Part shown: positions 63,865 through 64,000 of the stretch, in pieces
How positions within the stretch are numbered: the stretch's first letter is position 1
How the letters are laid out: every line of letters starts with the position of its first letter
Assembly: GCF_965214065.1 (NCBI RefSeq)
Contig: NZ_CBDCAT010000024.1
Coordinates: 5,345 to 69,344, forward strand
Length of the DNA stretch: 64,000 nucleotides
Reading direction: 5' to 3'
Source: Candidatus Poriferisocius sp.
GTDB taxonomy: Bacteria > Actinomycetota > Acidimicrobiia > Acidimicrobiales > Bin134
Made by a program: the position numbers and the translations under genes
The notes under the pieces: generated by a model
What the model was told of the DNA's origin: nothing
The model's database searches: none
The model's input: only the letters and a program-made list of their open reading frames with translations

Positions 63865-64000
63865 CGCCCCGGCCCCTCGCCTTTTGCGGGGTCTGCGCCT
63901 GTCCCGGTGCCTGTCCCGGTGCCTGATTCGGCGTCTGCGCGGGTCCGGGTGCCTGGTTCGGTGTCTGATGGGCGGTCCCCGCTGGCGTTTCGCTGTTCCC
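63861..64000 (-). CDS. 3' end of a further upstream operon gene (partial)
   Basis: The frame ending at TGA 63861-63863 (ATGA overlap with the next start) stays open to the window edge. It encodes a low-complexity G/T/A/D tail. Confidence 0.3.
   Translation of the reverse strand, partial: EQRNASGDRPSDTEPGTRTRADAESGTGTGTGTGADPAKGEGPGR

Larger units (their letters stand above)
27218..64000. mobile_element. Composite integrative/conjugative region at tRNA-Arg(TCT); right end beyond window
   Basis: tRNA followed by an intact integrase, defence-type cargo, an internal att-like remnant (44265-44761), and a conjugation/Tad operon running off the window. No second copy of the tRNA 3' end was seen inside the window. 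Confidence 0.7.

Noticed and set aside
63890-63965. Short tandem CCTGTCCCGGTG / GGTGCCTG-type repeats near the window end.
   Set aside because: They fall in the open frame of the partial upstream gene and encode a low-complexity G/T tail. They are too short and imperfect to call as an independent element.

Overview
High-GC, actinobacterial-type chromosomal segment with three parts. (1) 1-8.3 kb holds housekeeping genes: two SDRs, a CPBP protease, an amidohydrolase, menB, an MFS transporter and an enoyl-CoA hydratase. (2) tRNA-Arg(CCT) at 8291-8365 carries a decaying genomic island of about 13.2 kb (GI-1, 8291-21502). GI-1 is bounded by a perfect 23-bp direct repeat of the tRNA 3' end. It contains a frameshifted P4-type integrase, IS256 and IS110 elements, and a 977-aa Cys-rich repeat secreted protein. 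A 331-bp non-coding segment upstream of that gene is bracketed by 21-bp inverted repeats and lies next to a tyrosine recombinase, which makes it a candidate invertible promoter. GI-1 also holds an AlpA-like gene, a TA remnant and several pseudogenes. A short core stretch follows (21.5-27.2 kb): DUF4143 ATPase, secreted HExxH protease, PhyH dioxygenase, a membrane protein and an SRAP peptidase. (3) tRNA-Arg(TCT) at 27218-27292 carries a second, intact paralogous integrase and a composite integrative/conjugative region that runs past the window end. The cargo at 28.8-44.2 kb looks like defence genes: two inverted paralogous secreted DUF1524/Excalibur nucleases, an interrupted UvrD-like helicase and its upstream partner, an HNH enzyme, a KAP NTPase cluster and a 1100-aa type IIG R-M enzyme. 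At 44.27-44.76 kb sits an internal att-flanked mini-remnant. From 45.3 kb to beyond 64 kb runs one minus-strand, translationally coupled transfer operon. It combines a VirD4/TraG coupling protein, cell-wall hydrolase, ArdC-like protein and a giant methylase-SNF2 helicase with a complete Tad/Flp-type pilus module. No rRNA genes or CRISPR arrays were seen. Many long ORFs in the supplied track are antisense or off-frame shadows typical of high-GC DNA and were not called. Several pseudogene calls depend on single-base frameshifts in short homopolymers, which could be assembly errors.
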